Shown: piece by piece, positions 52,136 to 64,000 of the stretch
How the letters are laid out: each line of letters begins with the position of its first letter
How positions within the stretch are numbered: position 1 is the stretch's first letter
Assembly: GCF_039654945.1 (NCBI RefSeq)
Contig: NW_027361708.1
Location: 6,138,001 to 6,202,000, forward strand
Direction of reading: 5' to 3'
From: Dendrobates tinctorius
Lineage: Eukaryota
Length of the DNA stretch: 64,000 nucleotides
Program-made: the position numbers and the translations under genes
The notes under the pieces: generated by a model
The model's database searches: none
Told to the model about the DNA's origin: nothing
What the model saw: the letters and a program-made list of their open reading frames with translations, nothing else

Positions 52136-54900
52136 AACAGCTGTAAAGGAAGATTTTGCATGTGTTGAAACTGCATTTAATGCCAGTATAAGCCCATCTG
52201 CAAAGCATATATGGTGTGTAGATTCTAGTGCAAACAGCCATGTGACAAACAACAAGGATTTCTTCACTGATCTTAATGAAAGCAAGTCAGAAAAGGTCAT
52301 CTTAGCTAATGGTCACTCTATGACTTCAGAAGAAATAGGAGATGGCTGCCTCCACTGTCCAGTTTCATCAGCACAAAGCATGTTCCCAGCTTTGAAAGCA
52401 ATCTTCTGTCAGTAAAGAAGCTCATGTAAAAGGGGAATGTAGTTACTTTTTTAGATAACAGCTTCATCATCTCAAAGAAGGGTCCCACTCTTGCAGAAGA
52501 AAAAATCCAAGATGAACTTTATCAGCTAAAATGCAAAGAAAGAGTGTACAGTGCTAGACAAGATCTACGTAAGAACTGTATCCATGTATGGCACAGACGT
52601 CTTAGGCACAGAGATCCAGAAGCAGTAAGGAAGCTAGCTCAACTTGCAAATGGTATTCAAATCAACCAGTGTAGTCAAATGGTGAAGTGCACTAGCTGTC
52701 TTAAAGGGAAAATGTCCAGAAAATCCTTTGCTAAAATAAGTACCACTAGATCTGCACAGCCACTGGATCTGATACATACAGATGTATGCAGTCCAATGAG
52801 TGTTCAAACTCCTAGCAAGAAGAGATATTTTCTCACATTTATTGATGACTACTCAACAGTCCCCTACAAGCTTCACAGTAAGGATGAAGTTCCACAGCAA
52901 CTTGAAGAATATCTTGCTGTAGTGTTTATCAAATTTGGAAGAATGCCAAAAGCCCTGCACACAGATAATGGAACCAAATATACAAGTGATAAGATGCAAT
53001 CCATTTTGAAAAAGGATGGAATTGTGTTCTAAACTATCATTCCATACAACCCAGCACAAAATAGCATTGCAGAGAGAAAGAAACCTACTCTCTGTGAAAG
53101 TGGAAGAAATATGTTGTTTGATGTGAATCTACCTACAACATATTGGGGAGAAGCCATCATGACAGCTTGCTATCTTCAAAATAGTGCCAGGTAAAGCCAC
53201 AAATAAAACTCCATGTGAACTATGGAACTGCCTAACCTGAAGCACCTCAGGATATTTGGAAGCAAAACATTTGTGTATGTTCCCAAAGAAAAACATTCCA
53301 AGTGGAAATCACACACAAAGCAAGGAGTCCTGGTGAGCTACAGTGAAACACAAAAGGGATACAGAATCCTGAACCCAGAGACCAACAGTAGAAAATCAGC
53401 AGAGATGAAGTAATTGATAAACTTTATATTGCTCAAATTCAATGAAGTTACGCCAGTTATTCAACCTAAGAAACAAGAACAAGAATCTCAAATCACCAAA
53501 CCCAGATGCTGAAAAAGAAAACACTGAAGAATAGCTAAGCTCTGAAGCCACCAAGGAAGACAAAAGAATCAAGTCAACCTCTAGTAAAGAGATCAGAAAG
53601 GACAAAAAGGGTATCCCAGCTAGATGTCTTTCTTATATTGCCAGAACACTTCCTGAACCATAGCCACAGTCATGCAAGAGAGGCAAAATCTGCCCATCCA
53701 CGAGAAGCAGAAGTACATCAATGCCACAAATGGAGATAAAGTCCCTTCACCAACTCCAGACATACGAGCTTACTGAGCTCCCACAATGAAAAAGAAATTG
53801 CAAAGCTAGGTGAAATTCTCAACCAGCACTTTGAGACTAAGGACCTTGGAAATGCGACATATTATTTGGGAATCCAAATCCAGAGAGAGGAAGATGGGAG
53901 TTTTCTTCTCAACTAAAGTTTTAAAATTTCTGCAATACTAAACCAGTTTGGAATGTCAGAAACCAAAGGTGTGTCAACACCAATGCACCTGTCCTCCTTA
54001 AAGTTGGAAGGAGAAGATCTGCTACCCAGCAATGAGAGTTACAGACAATCAGTGGGGGCACTTCTGTACATAACAATCACAACTCATCCGGATATCACAG
54101 CCACAGTCAGAATTGTCTGCCAACGTGTAAGCAAGCCATGCCGAAGAGACTGGAATTGAATTAGGAGAATTATTCAATATCTTAAAGAAACTCAAAGGCT
54201 AAATCTTAAGATATTTTCTTCAGGAGATCACAGAGGTTATGTGGATGCAGATTGGGCTGGAGATTCAAGTGATCGGAAATCAGCAAGTGGTTACTTGTTC
54301 AAGTTAGGAAAAAATTCAATTTCTTGGCCCAGCAGAAAACAAGTATCAGTCTCATTATCTTCTACAGAAGCAGAATATATGTCTGCTGCTTATGCAAGTC
54401 AAGAAGTAATTTGGTTGAAACAACTTTTGGATGATTTTGGCAAAGCCATTAGCTCAACCAACAGTTATCTATGAGGGCAGCCAAGGATGCATTAAACGTG
54501 TCAGCACTAAGAAGATTAGTGCAAGGACTAAGCACATTGATGTGAAATATCACCACTTGCATAACTTAGTGGAACGTGGTGTACTCGAGTTTGTTTATTG
54601 CGAGTCTGACAAGATGATAGCTGATGGAATGACGAAGCCATTATCAAGAGTCAAGGTTGTGGACTTCATAACCACAATGGGAATGACATGATAAGTAGTT
54701 GTTGAGTGAAGGGTGTTGGAATATGTTTGGTGCAACAACTCCATTCCTGTCTGAGTGTTTAGTTGCTAGATTTGTATGCTGTTTATAAAGTTAAAAAACT
54801 CCCAGAGGCTCACACAGGGAGAGCATGTGACTGTATTTCCTGTGTCTGTGTATGAGAGAAGCAGCCTGCTGTAGATGATGCACACATAGAGACACACACA
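52136..54900 (+). mobile_element. Ty1/Copia LTR retrotransposon pol remnant with PPT and start of the 3' LTR
   Basis: Domain order is protease (WCVDSSANSH), WHRRL, integrase (LDLIHTDVC), partial RT, RNaseH (DADWAGD..RKSASGY, TKHIDVKYH). Purine tract, then TGTTGG at 54714. Many stops and frameshifts. Confidence 0.93.
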
Positions 54901-57289
54901 TGATTTATTACTGATCTATTAAGCTTATCATATATTTTTCCTGGTTGTTCCTGAAAAAAGATGCTCTGTTGTCACAAGCCATGAGTTTTATGGCAGCTGC
55001 TTTGAAGTTTTTTTTACAGATTGGGGGATGCTTGGGCGACTTGCACTGACAGACATCAAACTGTTTAAAAGTTCAAGCAGCCGCCATAAATTTACTGTGC
55101 CTCAGATAAAGACTGCAGATACAGCACAAGAAGCCGGCGGGTCTCATCAGGAGGGGAGCAGCATCCTGCCATCTCTTTCCTACAAGATGCAGACACCTTC
55201 ATCCGGTACCGACAGAAGTGTAAGCTGCTGTTACTTACAGCACCACTGTGTGCTACTTCTCTCTGGACGGAAGAATTAGCACCTTCATGACTGCCCTGCA
55301 GCAGACACAACCACTCAGTGTGCAATGTGGGCGTGTCTGCTGTATACTGGAGGCAGCAAACAGATACAATGCCAGCACGCAGCATCCCGGGGGGGCATAT
55401 GCTCATCTTCCTCTCCCAGGCCACTGCCCGCAGTAGTGCACGGAGATCGGAGCTTAACTATATTGGCAGGCTGTGCATGGTGATAAAGTTAAGGGTAGTG
55501 TAGCTCCGGGTGGGCCCCTGTGAGAGCTGGGCCCAGGGCGACCCCACCCTCTGCCCTCTTGGTGGCTATGCTACTGACTGGCAACCATTTTGGATGCATC
55601 TCTTCTTTCCTGAAAAAAAGATACAATTTTTTTTTGTCAAAATGAGAAAATAACGTACATATCACTTTTCCTCATTCTACTTTGTGGGTCAGAACATTTA
55701 GCTTCTTTAGATGTTCTTAGGACCTACACATTTATAACATTTATTTTAAGGTGGCAACATGAATGGCTGCTGATTTGATCTTCTTGGTTTGACCTCAGTC
55801 TCCTACAGAGGAGTTATGGTGAACATGGAAGAGCTGCATTTTCATGTGTTGAGATTTTCCTACTTGTCACTTGTGATTGTGAATATGCAGGTCCATTAAG
55901 AGTTGATTAGATTGACAGGATGTTCCAATAGATTAATGGGTTGTGAATAAGGCAAGGTTTGCTCCATGATGTAATTTCAGGCACAGTAGCTGTTAGTAAT
56001 TGCTACAGTTCATCAGTTTTTATTAGTGATGAGAAGGTTTTCCCATTACCTGCCACTGTACAAGTGGCTGCGAAAAGTTTATTAGCAAACAAATTAAATG
56101 GTTTAGAAACCCATCCTGATGCTGAGGAGAGTGAAATATCGAAGAGTGGTAACGCGAACTTGTCTATAGAGAAGAGAACAAAAACACCAGGCACCCATGG
56201 CATCCAGGCTTAGTAATTGGATAGCACGTTGGCCTGAATAATTCATGCAAATGGGCTAATTACCAAGGTGGAAACAGTCTTCTTTGTAATTCTTCATGGT
56301 ACGTCATATGCTGCGCCTTTTGTTTAGCTGACAATAGCTGTCATGTAGAATGTTCATTTTAGTTGCACTGAAAGACTTATTTCTTTTGTCATAACTTTGG
56401 AGAATTACTTAGATGTGCTGGAAACCTGGCAGAGCTGCGGTAACTCTACCCAAGCCTCTGACATCTTAATTAATGCCATTCAACATCATTAACTATGAAC
56501 TGCTCTTTTGTACTTTAGGTTAACTGAATGTGTTACCAATAGATTTTAGGTGCACAAATAGGTTAATTTGTTCATCTTGCAACCAGTGCACTGTTTGGAG
56601 CTCTGAGAATTGCTTCCATGAATCATAATATGCAAAACATTATCTTTTACATGTAGGTTATTGTTGATTGTTTCTACATGCATTGAAGTCAAACAATAAG
56701 GATTCTGCGGTTTTGTGTCTTATTGTGTTTTAAAGAGCATTTAAACTTAAATGAGTTGTACAGGAATATAAAAGAAAACATTTCATGTAGGGGTGGGGAC
56801 AAAGGAATAGCATCCCCTTGTGTCTGGAGGGCTCTTGAGCCCTTAACAAGATAGCATGAGAAAGGATCCAGCTTCATGGAATTAAATCTTCTTTATTGAT
56901 GAAAGAATTAGGTTACATGGTGAGATTGTTTGCGATTAAGGGTGGAAACACCAGAAACGAGTAGACAGCCAGGTCAGTCTCAGACCACCCTATCATGGTC
57001 TATGCATGTGTCTTATAATTTGGATATGAGATGTTTTTAAAGTCACCATCTAACTAAAATCATTAACAATAAAGAAGATATTATCCCATGGTGCTGGATC
57101 GTTCCTCATGCTGTTTCTACTGCGTCCAGGAAAGAAATGTTTCCGTGCTCCGGAACTTTTGGGACATGAAAGGATTGCCTGTTTGTTACGGAATCCCAAC
57201 ATGTGTTGAGGCTGTCTAAGAGCCACTCTTATTATTTAGGACAGTTTATCACGTCCTGATAACAAACTAGGTTTGTTATTTTTAAACAA

Positions 57290-58345
57290 AAAAGGAAAAG
57301 TGTGTTTTGTTTTATTTGAGATAAAGGATTTTATTCTGACGGTGTCTTTATTTAGCATATAACTATAGGATTAGTAATGGATAGGTGTCTTATAGATTCC
57401 TCTCAATTACTAATCCATGGTCATGATGTCACCGGACAATACAAAGGTGACATCAACCCCACAAATATTACCCCACTTGCCACTGCTACAAGGCGGTGTG
57501 AGTGTGAAGAGCTGGGCAAAGCACCAGAATTGGCATATCTAATAGATATGCCTCTTTTGGGGTAGGGTGGGCTGCTATTCTCAGGGTGGGGGTGGCAATA
57601 TACATGGCCCTTTACCAGCCTGAGATTACCAGCCCCCAGCTGTCAGCTTCAGCTTGGCTGGTTGTCAAAAATGGAGGGAACCCCACACCGTTTTTTTAAA
57701 TGATTTATTTAAATAATTAAAATAAATTATGCTTGGGGACCCCTCTATTCTTGATAACTAGCCTTGTTAACACTGACAGCTGATGGTTCCAATCCCCAGC
57801 TGTCAGTTTTGCCTGGCTGTTTAGAGAAAATACAGGGTAATCCATGCCAGATTTTTTATTTATTTATATCGCAGGCTGCAGGTGATGAATACTCCCATCA
57901 GCTGACGCCTGCTCTCACTGGTATTAGCAGAAGCAGGTATAGACTGATGGGTGTAATAGTCCCATCAGCTGCAGGCTGCTGCTGTTATCAGTTGAATATA
58001 ACGCTCATCATTCTCCCGCCGGCAGAGCAGGGAAGAAGGATGTGAGCCGTCTTCAGCACCCTGCACCAGGGAACAGTGCTAACTGTACAGCTGCTTCTGA
58101 GGTGCCAGTGCTTGTCACATGGATGACATCCCTGTGTGTCCTCCATGTGCGGGATGATTTGGGGCCCGTACTTCTGGTAAAAAACAGACATGTCAGCGTG
58201 TTTTTCCCACGAACACACGGTCCGTGGAATCACAGTGACATGTGCACAGACCTATAGATTTGAGTGGGTCTACGTGTGCAAGTGTCTCCAGTACGTGTGA
58301 AAACTGTAACCACATGACTGGACACACTGACTTCTGAAAGAGGCT
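57290..58345. mobile_element. DNA-transposon-derived repeat, related to 22600-23300
   Basis: Shares ggacaatacaaaggtgacatcaaccc..gagattaccagcccccagctgtc blocks with the earlier copy. Confidence 0.65.
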
Positions 58346-58349
58346 TAAA

Positions 58350-59275
58350 ACAGCAAAAATGTGGGAGCAGTGTTTACCTGTCCAAGTAAACTAATGCACT
58401 CTCAGAATGCAGCAAACCCATGTAGTAAAGATGGTGGCAACACAAGCCCAAAATACTGATGAGTCAACCACTCACAACCTACCAATTCAGAGGATGATTG
58501 TTTAATATTAAATTGCACAAAAGTGGATAGTTTAGGGTGCTGGTCACACATAGGTAGTGCACAGTGTCTGGCTTACAGCCTATTAGTGAAGCTCATACTA
58601 TTAGATTAGGCGGGCTGCCCAGCACTATCTAAGTGTATCCCATGAGAACAGACACCCTAGTTAACAATATCATAAATGATGGGCCTAGTTGTACCCTGAA
58701 AAATGAAGTGCAAAAAATATACATATAAATATTATATGAGATATTAGTCAATATTTTGGCGAATATATGCAAGCTAGCAAATCACGATAAGGTTCCTTAC
58801 ACTTGCACATCCTAAACACTAAGCTTAATACCAAAGCCACAAAAAGAGGACTACAAATCCTCCAAAAAATCAAGAATTAATTCAGCAAAAAAGGGGCAGC
58901 AGTGCTTACTTGCCCAGGTCTCAGAACTAATGCTCTTTCAGGATGCAGCAAACCCATGTTGTAAAGATGGAGGAAAACAGTTGATGAGGCAACCACTCTC
59001 AACCTACCAATTCATGGAGGTGGTGATTGGTTAGTATTCGATTGCACTAAAACGGCTTGTATAGGGAGCTGGTCACACACAGGTAATAAACTAGAGTGTC
59101 TGTTCTCATGGGATGCATTTAGATAGTTCTGAGCAGCCCACCTAATCTAATAGTATGGGTGTCACTAATAGGCTGTAATCCAGATACTGTGCATTTCCAG
59201 TGTGTGGACAGCACACTATACAAGCCTCTTGAATTTTTGGAGGATTTTTAGTCCTCTTTTTGTGGCTTTGCTATT
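58350..59275. repeat. Mosaic of direct and inverted duplications
   Basis: 58350-58555 is repeated at 58885-59085; 58560-58660 is inverted at 59090-59190; 58830-58875 is inverted at 59228-59272. Confidence 0.6.
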
Positions 59276-61592
59276 ATGTCTAACAGTCACAAATCACTTC
59301 CTACCTTCCTTTCCCTACCCAGTTTATTTCTAAAAAAACAATAAAATTATTTGAAAACAAATCATGCAGCTGCAGAGACTCAAACATAAACTTCCAGATG
59401 CTCGGATAACACCGGAGCATGCTCGGATAACATGTTATCTGAGCGCTTTTGCTCATCACTACTGCTAATCTGTACGCTACTGCTCTAACTGCATCCTCCT
59501 CTCCTCTGTGCTCCCTTCCTGAACAGAGACAGGATATGGCTCTGCCTTCACATAACAACGGTATGTAATATACAAGGAATATAGCTGAACATTATAGACA
59601 TCACACTGCTTATCAACAATGCCACACCTATCTGAAGGTTCCGTATGGTATTGCAGCTTAGCTCTGCTGTGCTGTAGGGGTGACAGAATCTGTAGGGGTG
59701 ACAGACTAAAAAAAATAGAATTTATTTATTATCACGGATTCCAGTAAATCTGAATTTTAGAGAATTAAAATTATGCAAATTTATAAAATTGGTGGTTAGT
59801 AGGCTACTATTTTTATAGATTCATATGGATCAGGAATGGATTAAAAACAATTAAATCTCATCCTCACCACTCCCCTCACCTCTCTTTTGCTGCACTCTCC
59901 CGCCAGTCCTCTGCTGTCCCCCTTAGGCGCTTGCGCTGACTCTGGCCTTTGCTTCACTTGTGCTTCAGGCGCTGGACAGGCCTCATCATGGCATCATTAT
60001 TTTTCAGCCCCTTCATGGCCCATCCATTAATATGCTTTAGAGTAGACAGATCTTAGTGCATAACAAAAGTGTTGTTTTTTTTTCAAAGGCAGTTTGGACA
60101 TATTCAAATAAAATCTTTTCACATTGAATTTCCTGAATTCTAGCAAATCTGCCAAATTGTAAAACTCTAATTGTCATCTATGGACAGGTGTTATGCTGTA
60201 TATGGAAGAAAGCAGCCAAGGATTTCTTTTCTGTGTAATCCTTGTCAAAATATATTTGCCCAGTATTAAAATCCTTGTTTGGCAGCTTTAGCATTACAAT
60301 CCTGGGATGACACATGTGCTAATCATCTCAATCTTGCCTCTAGCAAGATTGGAGAAAAATCCCCCGTGGCTTTTATATCACAGGAAACAGATTTTTTTTC
60401 TGACAATCTATAATGTACACTAAAGGCATAGCTATAGGCTACTGGTCAATTGTAGTTTGTATTTTGTCGGAAGCTTTCAGTCAAAAACGGAAAATTCAAC
60501 TTTTTGCAAACATTATTGAGCTTTCTGTAGCATACTCACTTGCTATCCGGCTATGAAAGCCACCGGGGTTTGCTGCAGACCCCAGGTTGTCATGCCAACC
60601 CATCAGTGACCAACGGTCCTGTGCGGGATTAGTGATGCACTTCCGGTGCGATCATGTAAACTGACGATGTCAGAGATTGAGCTGTCAGAGCTGTTAAGAG
60701 CACATGTCAGCTGTTGAAATCAGCTGACATGTCCCGGAAAAGATATTGGCTCAGCGCAGGAGTCCACATCAAAGGGGAAGACCCGACATGCGCCATACAT
60801 GTATGGCACATGTCGTGAAGGGGTTAAAGGAATTGAGGTTAAAACTGATATTACCACTATACAGTGACCATATAATGGTAATATCAGTTTTAGGCTGGTT
60901 TCACACTAGCGTTTTTTAGCGCAGCGCCTTGTGCACTATAGTGCGCATGCGCATTGCTCCCCTATATTTAACATGTGCGCACATGGTTTAGCGCATGTCA
61001 GCGTTCATCAGCGTTCAGCGTGCACAGCGTTTTTCCAGGTGTGCGCCTTGTTGTGCCAGACGCTACAAAAAAAAAGCGCATGTGCGCGTAAGCGCACGTA
61101 ATGCGCAAAAAAATAACTTTACAGTCTATGGGTGCGCTGACGAGCGCATGACTCAGCGCATGTCAGCGCTTATGAGTGCTTATCAGAACATGCTCTTTTT
61201 GAGTAAACAATGTCTAGACACTGGTGGAAACCACCCCCTACACAAGCAACATTGTTTGGGATGAGTTTAGATAAAGAAGATGTCTGCCTGCACTATACCA
61301 CAACTCTACAGACAGCCTGGAGAGCAGACAGACAGCAAAACCACACAGAATTTTGGAGCTTCAACAGCAAGAATGTGAGTATTCTTCATCCAAATGTATG
61401 CCTGTCTTGTCAATTTTATTATGTACTAATGTTTTTTTTTTTTTTCCATGCAGCATGTCTTCTTCTGGATCAAATTATTCCCCATCCCAGGAGGAAGTGG
61501 CTCAAGCAGAGCGTGAGATGAATTTTTTGGTACCTTTGGGTAAGTATAGCTGCTGCCTATACAAATGTCTAATATATATATATTTTTTTCAG

Positions 61593-61667
61593 ACCTCCTC
61601 ATCGGAGCCATCTAGTGACACCGAACAGCGGGAGCAGCAAAGCCAAGTCCCGGCGGTGACATGTAAT
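61593..61667 (+). CDS. Harbinger MADF gene, short N-terminal exon
   Basis: ttttttcag acceptor, GTAAGT donor, 75 nt phase 0-0 (TSSSEPSSDTEQREQQSQVPAVTCN). Candidate ATG upstream at 61455. Confidence 0.55.
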
Positions 61668-61773
61668 GTAAGTCCTCATTGTGAATGTTTTTATTTTTTT
61701 GGCTTCTTCTTTCTTGTTTTTTTTTAAAACTTTTTCATTCACACAAAGATTCTAATGTTTGTTTTTTTCCCAG

Positions 61774-61969
61774 GTTCCACAGCGGGATGAAGACGTCTAC
61801 CTGGATAATGAACACCTGATACAACTTGTCCAGGAGCGTGTCCCGTTGTGGGAGAGCCGTGACCAGCTGCACAAGGACAATGTGGTGACCCGGAGGGTAT
61901 GGAATGAGGAGGCCGCAGCGTTGATGGATGGCTGGGACAGCGCCCCTCCAACCTCCAAAAAGGCATTTT
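61774..61969 (+). CDS. Harbinger MADF-domain exon (N-terminal half)
   Basis: LIQLVQERVPLWESRDQLHKDNVVTRRVWNEEA shows the MADF W pattern. Canonical AG/GTAAGT; ends in phase 1. Confidence 0.85.
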
Positions 61970-62019
61970 GTAAGTATTTACCTGATCTGTGATGCCACAG
62001 TGACTATTGACCTTGATTT

Positions 62020-63790
62020 TACACTGTTGTTTTTACTCATAGATATACTCTATCTGTAAACACAACCGTAATATCAGGATCAACAGTCACTGCCTTGTGT
62101 ATTGTATTGCTGAATTGTGCTGCATTGACTGTTCTTCTGATGTCATGGTTAATAATAAGAATAATAAATTTTATTTTTATAGCGCTGACATATTCCGCAG
62201 CACTTTACATTTCAGAGGGGACTTGTACAGACAATAGACATTACAACATAACAATAATCACATTGATTATAACAAATACCAAGAGGAATGAGGGCCCTGC
62301 TCGCAAGCTTACAGTCTATGAGGAAAGAGGTAGACATGAAAGGTGGGTGGTAACAGTTGCCCTGATTGTATGGGCCAGCCATAATGTTAAGTGTGTAACA
62401 GTACAGACACAGAGGGCAAATGGATGCATAAAGCATGTGGGAACATGATGCAGGGAATCTGGTTATGGTAAAACTTTTGGCTGTGCCACCCAGGGATAGA
62501 TTAGGTTAATGTGTTGAGGCGGTAGGCCAGTCTGAATAAATACATTTTCAGGGCACGCTTAAAATTGTGGGGATTGGGGACTAATCGTATTGACCTGGGA
62601 AGTGCATTCCAAAGAATTGGCGCAGCACATGTAAAGTCTTGGAGACGGGAGTGGAAGGTTCTGATTATTGAGGATGCTAACCTCAGGTCATCAGCAGAAC
62701 GGAGGGCGCAGGTAGGGTGGTAGACTGAAATGAGGGAGGAGATGTAGGGTGGTGCTGGGCCATGGAGGGCTTTGTGGGTGAGGGTAATAAGTTTATACTG
62801 AATTCTGGAGTGGATGGGTAGCCAGTGTAATGACTGGCACAAGGTAGAGGCATTGGTGTAACGATTGGCAAGGAATATGATCCTGGCTGCAGCATTCAAG
62901 ACAGATTGGAGGGGGGAGAGTTTGGTAAGAGGGAGACCGATTAGAAGAGAGTTACAATAGTCGAGACGAGAATGAATAAGAAAAACAGTAAGAGTTTTTG
63001 CGGACTCAAAAGTAAGAATAGGTCGAATTCTAGAAATGTTTTGAGGCGCAGATGACAAGAGCAAGCCAGTGATCGTAAGTGGGGGACAAAGGAAAGCTCG
63101 GAATCAAGTATGACCCCAAGACAGCGGGCATGTTGCTGGGGAGTAATAGTGGAACCACACACAGAAATGGCAATGTCGGGTATAGGTACATTAGTAGAGG
63201 GAGGAAACACAAGGAGTTCAGTCTTTGACAGGTTCAGTTTCAGATATAGTGAGGACATGATGTTAGACATAGCGTTTAGACAATCGCCGGTGTTTTCTAG
63301 AAAGGAAGGCGTGATGTCAGGAGAAGAAGCGTATAATTGGGTGTCATCAGCATAGAGATGGTACTGGAAACCAAATCTACTGATTGTTTGACCAATAGGG
63401 GCAGTGTACAAGGAGAACACGGTTACACGATTCTATGTGTAAACACAACCATAATATCAGGATCAATAGTCACTGCTTTGTGTATTGTATTGCTGAATTG
63501 TGCTGCATTGATTGTTCTTCTGATGTCACAGTTGTGTTTACTCATAGATATATTCTATGTGTAAACACAACCGTAATATCAGGAACAGCAGTCACTGCTT
63601 TGGGTATTGTATTGGTGAATTGTGCTGTATTGACTGTTCTTCCTGATGTCACAGTTGTGTTTACTCATAGATATATTCTATGTGTAAACACAACCGTAAT
63701 GTCAGGAACTACAGTCAATGCATTGGGTATTGTATTGCTAAATTTTGCTGCCTTGTGCTGCATTGACTGATGGCACAGTTGTGTCACTCA
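62020..63790. repeat. ~122 bp tandem repeat in the MADF intron, interrupted by the L2
   Basis: ttctatgtgtaaacacaacc recurs at 63431, 63553 and 63676, with a copy at ~62048. Confidence 0.85.
62152..63417 (-). mobile_element. L2-clade LINE, 5'-truncated, same subfamily as 48053-51399
   Basis: YADD and [11 protein letters not shown] ORFs, with a 3'UTR nearly identical to 51060-51399. TSD CA(T/C)GGTTA at 62144-51 and 63418-25. Confidence 0.95.
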
Positions 63791-63842
63791 TAGAAAATAT
63801 CTTGCATCATACCCATAAATTTTATATATTTTTTTTCAACAG

Positions 63843-64000
63843 TGAACAAAGTCAGAACACGTTGGCGCTCGATGAAGGACCGCTTCAACACTGATGTTCG
63901 TGCTGAGGGACAGGTTCGCAATGGTTCAGCGGCAAGGACCAGAACAAAATACCGTTATCGTAATTTGGAGTTCCTAAGACCGGTCCTTGCCACCAGAGCA
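63843..64000 (+). CDS. Harbinger MADF-domain exon (C-terminal half)
   Basis: ttttcaacag acceptor. The phase-1 join gives L-NKVRTRWRSMKDRFN..SAARTRTKYRYRNLEFLRP, open to the end of the window. Confidence 0.85.

Larger units (their letters stand above)
60893..64000 (+). mobile_element. PIF/Harbinger transposon, left end and MADF (Myb/SANT-like) gene; continues beyond the window
   Basis: TTA then a GGCTGGTTTCACACTAGCG terminus, with downstream spliced MADF exons. Confidence 0.8.

Noticed and set aside
55959-56213. 84-aa ORF as the next SH2D4B (SH2) exon
   Set aside because: No resemblance to the expected GIISRE..GAFLVRVSE sequence.

Overview
This is eukaryotic (vertebrate) DNA. The repeat content (L2/CR1 LINEs, a V-type SINE, TTAA-flanked MITEs, Harbinger/hAT/Tc1/piggyBac derivatives) suggests an anuran frog, which is an inference. 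The only host gene is SH2D4B on the + strand. Three internal coding exons (3721-3868, 17725-17932, 18552-18679) splice in phase; no SH2-domain exon is recognisable afterwards, so the remaining >45 kb appears to be one intron packed with nested transposons. Highlights: (1) a Gypsy-type LTR element (12204-16623, TAGC TSD) whose only cargo is an intronless, strongly diverged FMR1/FXR-family ORF (KH0+KH2, KH1 missing), broken by just one solo LTR and one stop; (2) a ~320 bp retrozyme-like monomer in a (TA)n tract with a canonical type I hammerhead ribozyme and snRNA-promoter-like motifs; (3) a Harbinger element with a spliced MADF gene that shares its terminus with two near-perfect palindromic MITEs; (4) a 3.3 kb hAT fold-back with a 1-nt spacer; (5) an L2 ORF2 preceded by a 2A-like motif. 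All homology calls come from my recall of the protein families, not from database searches.
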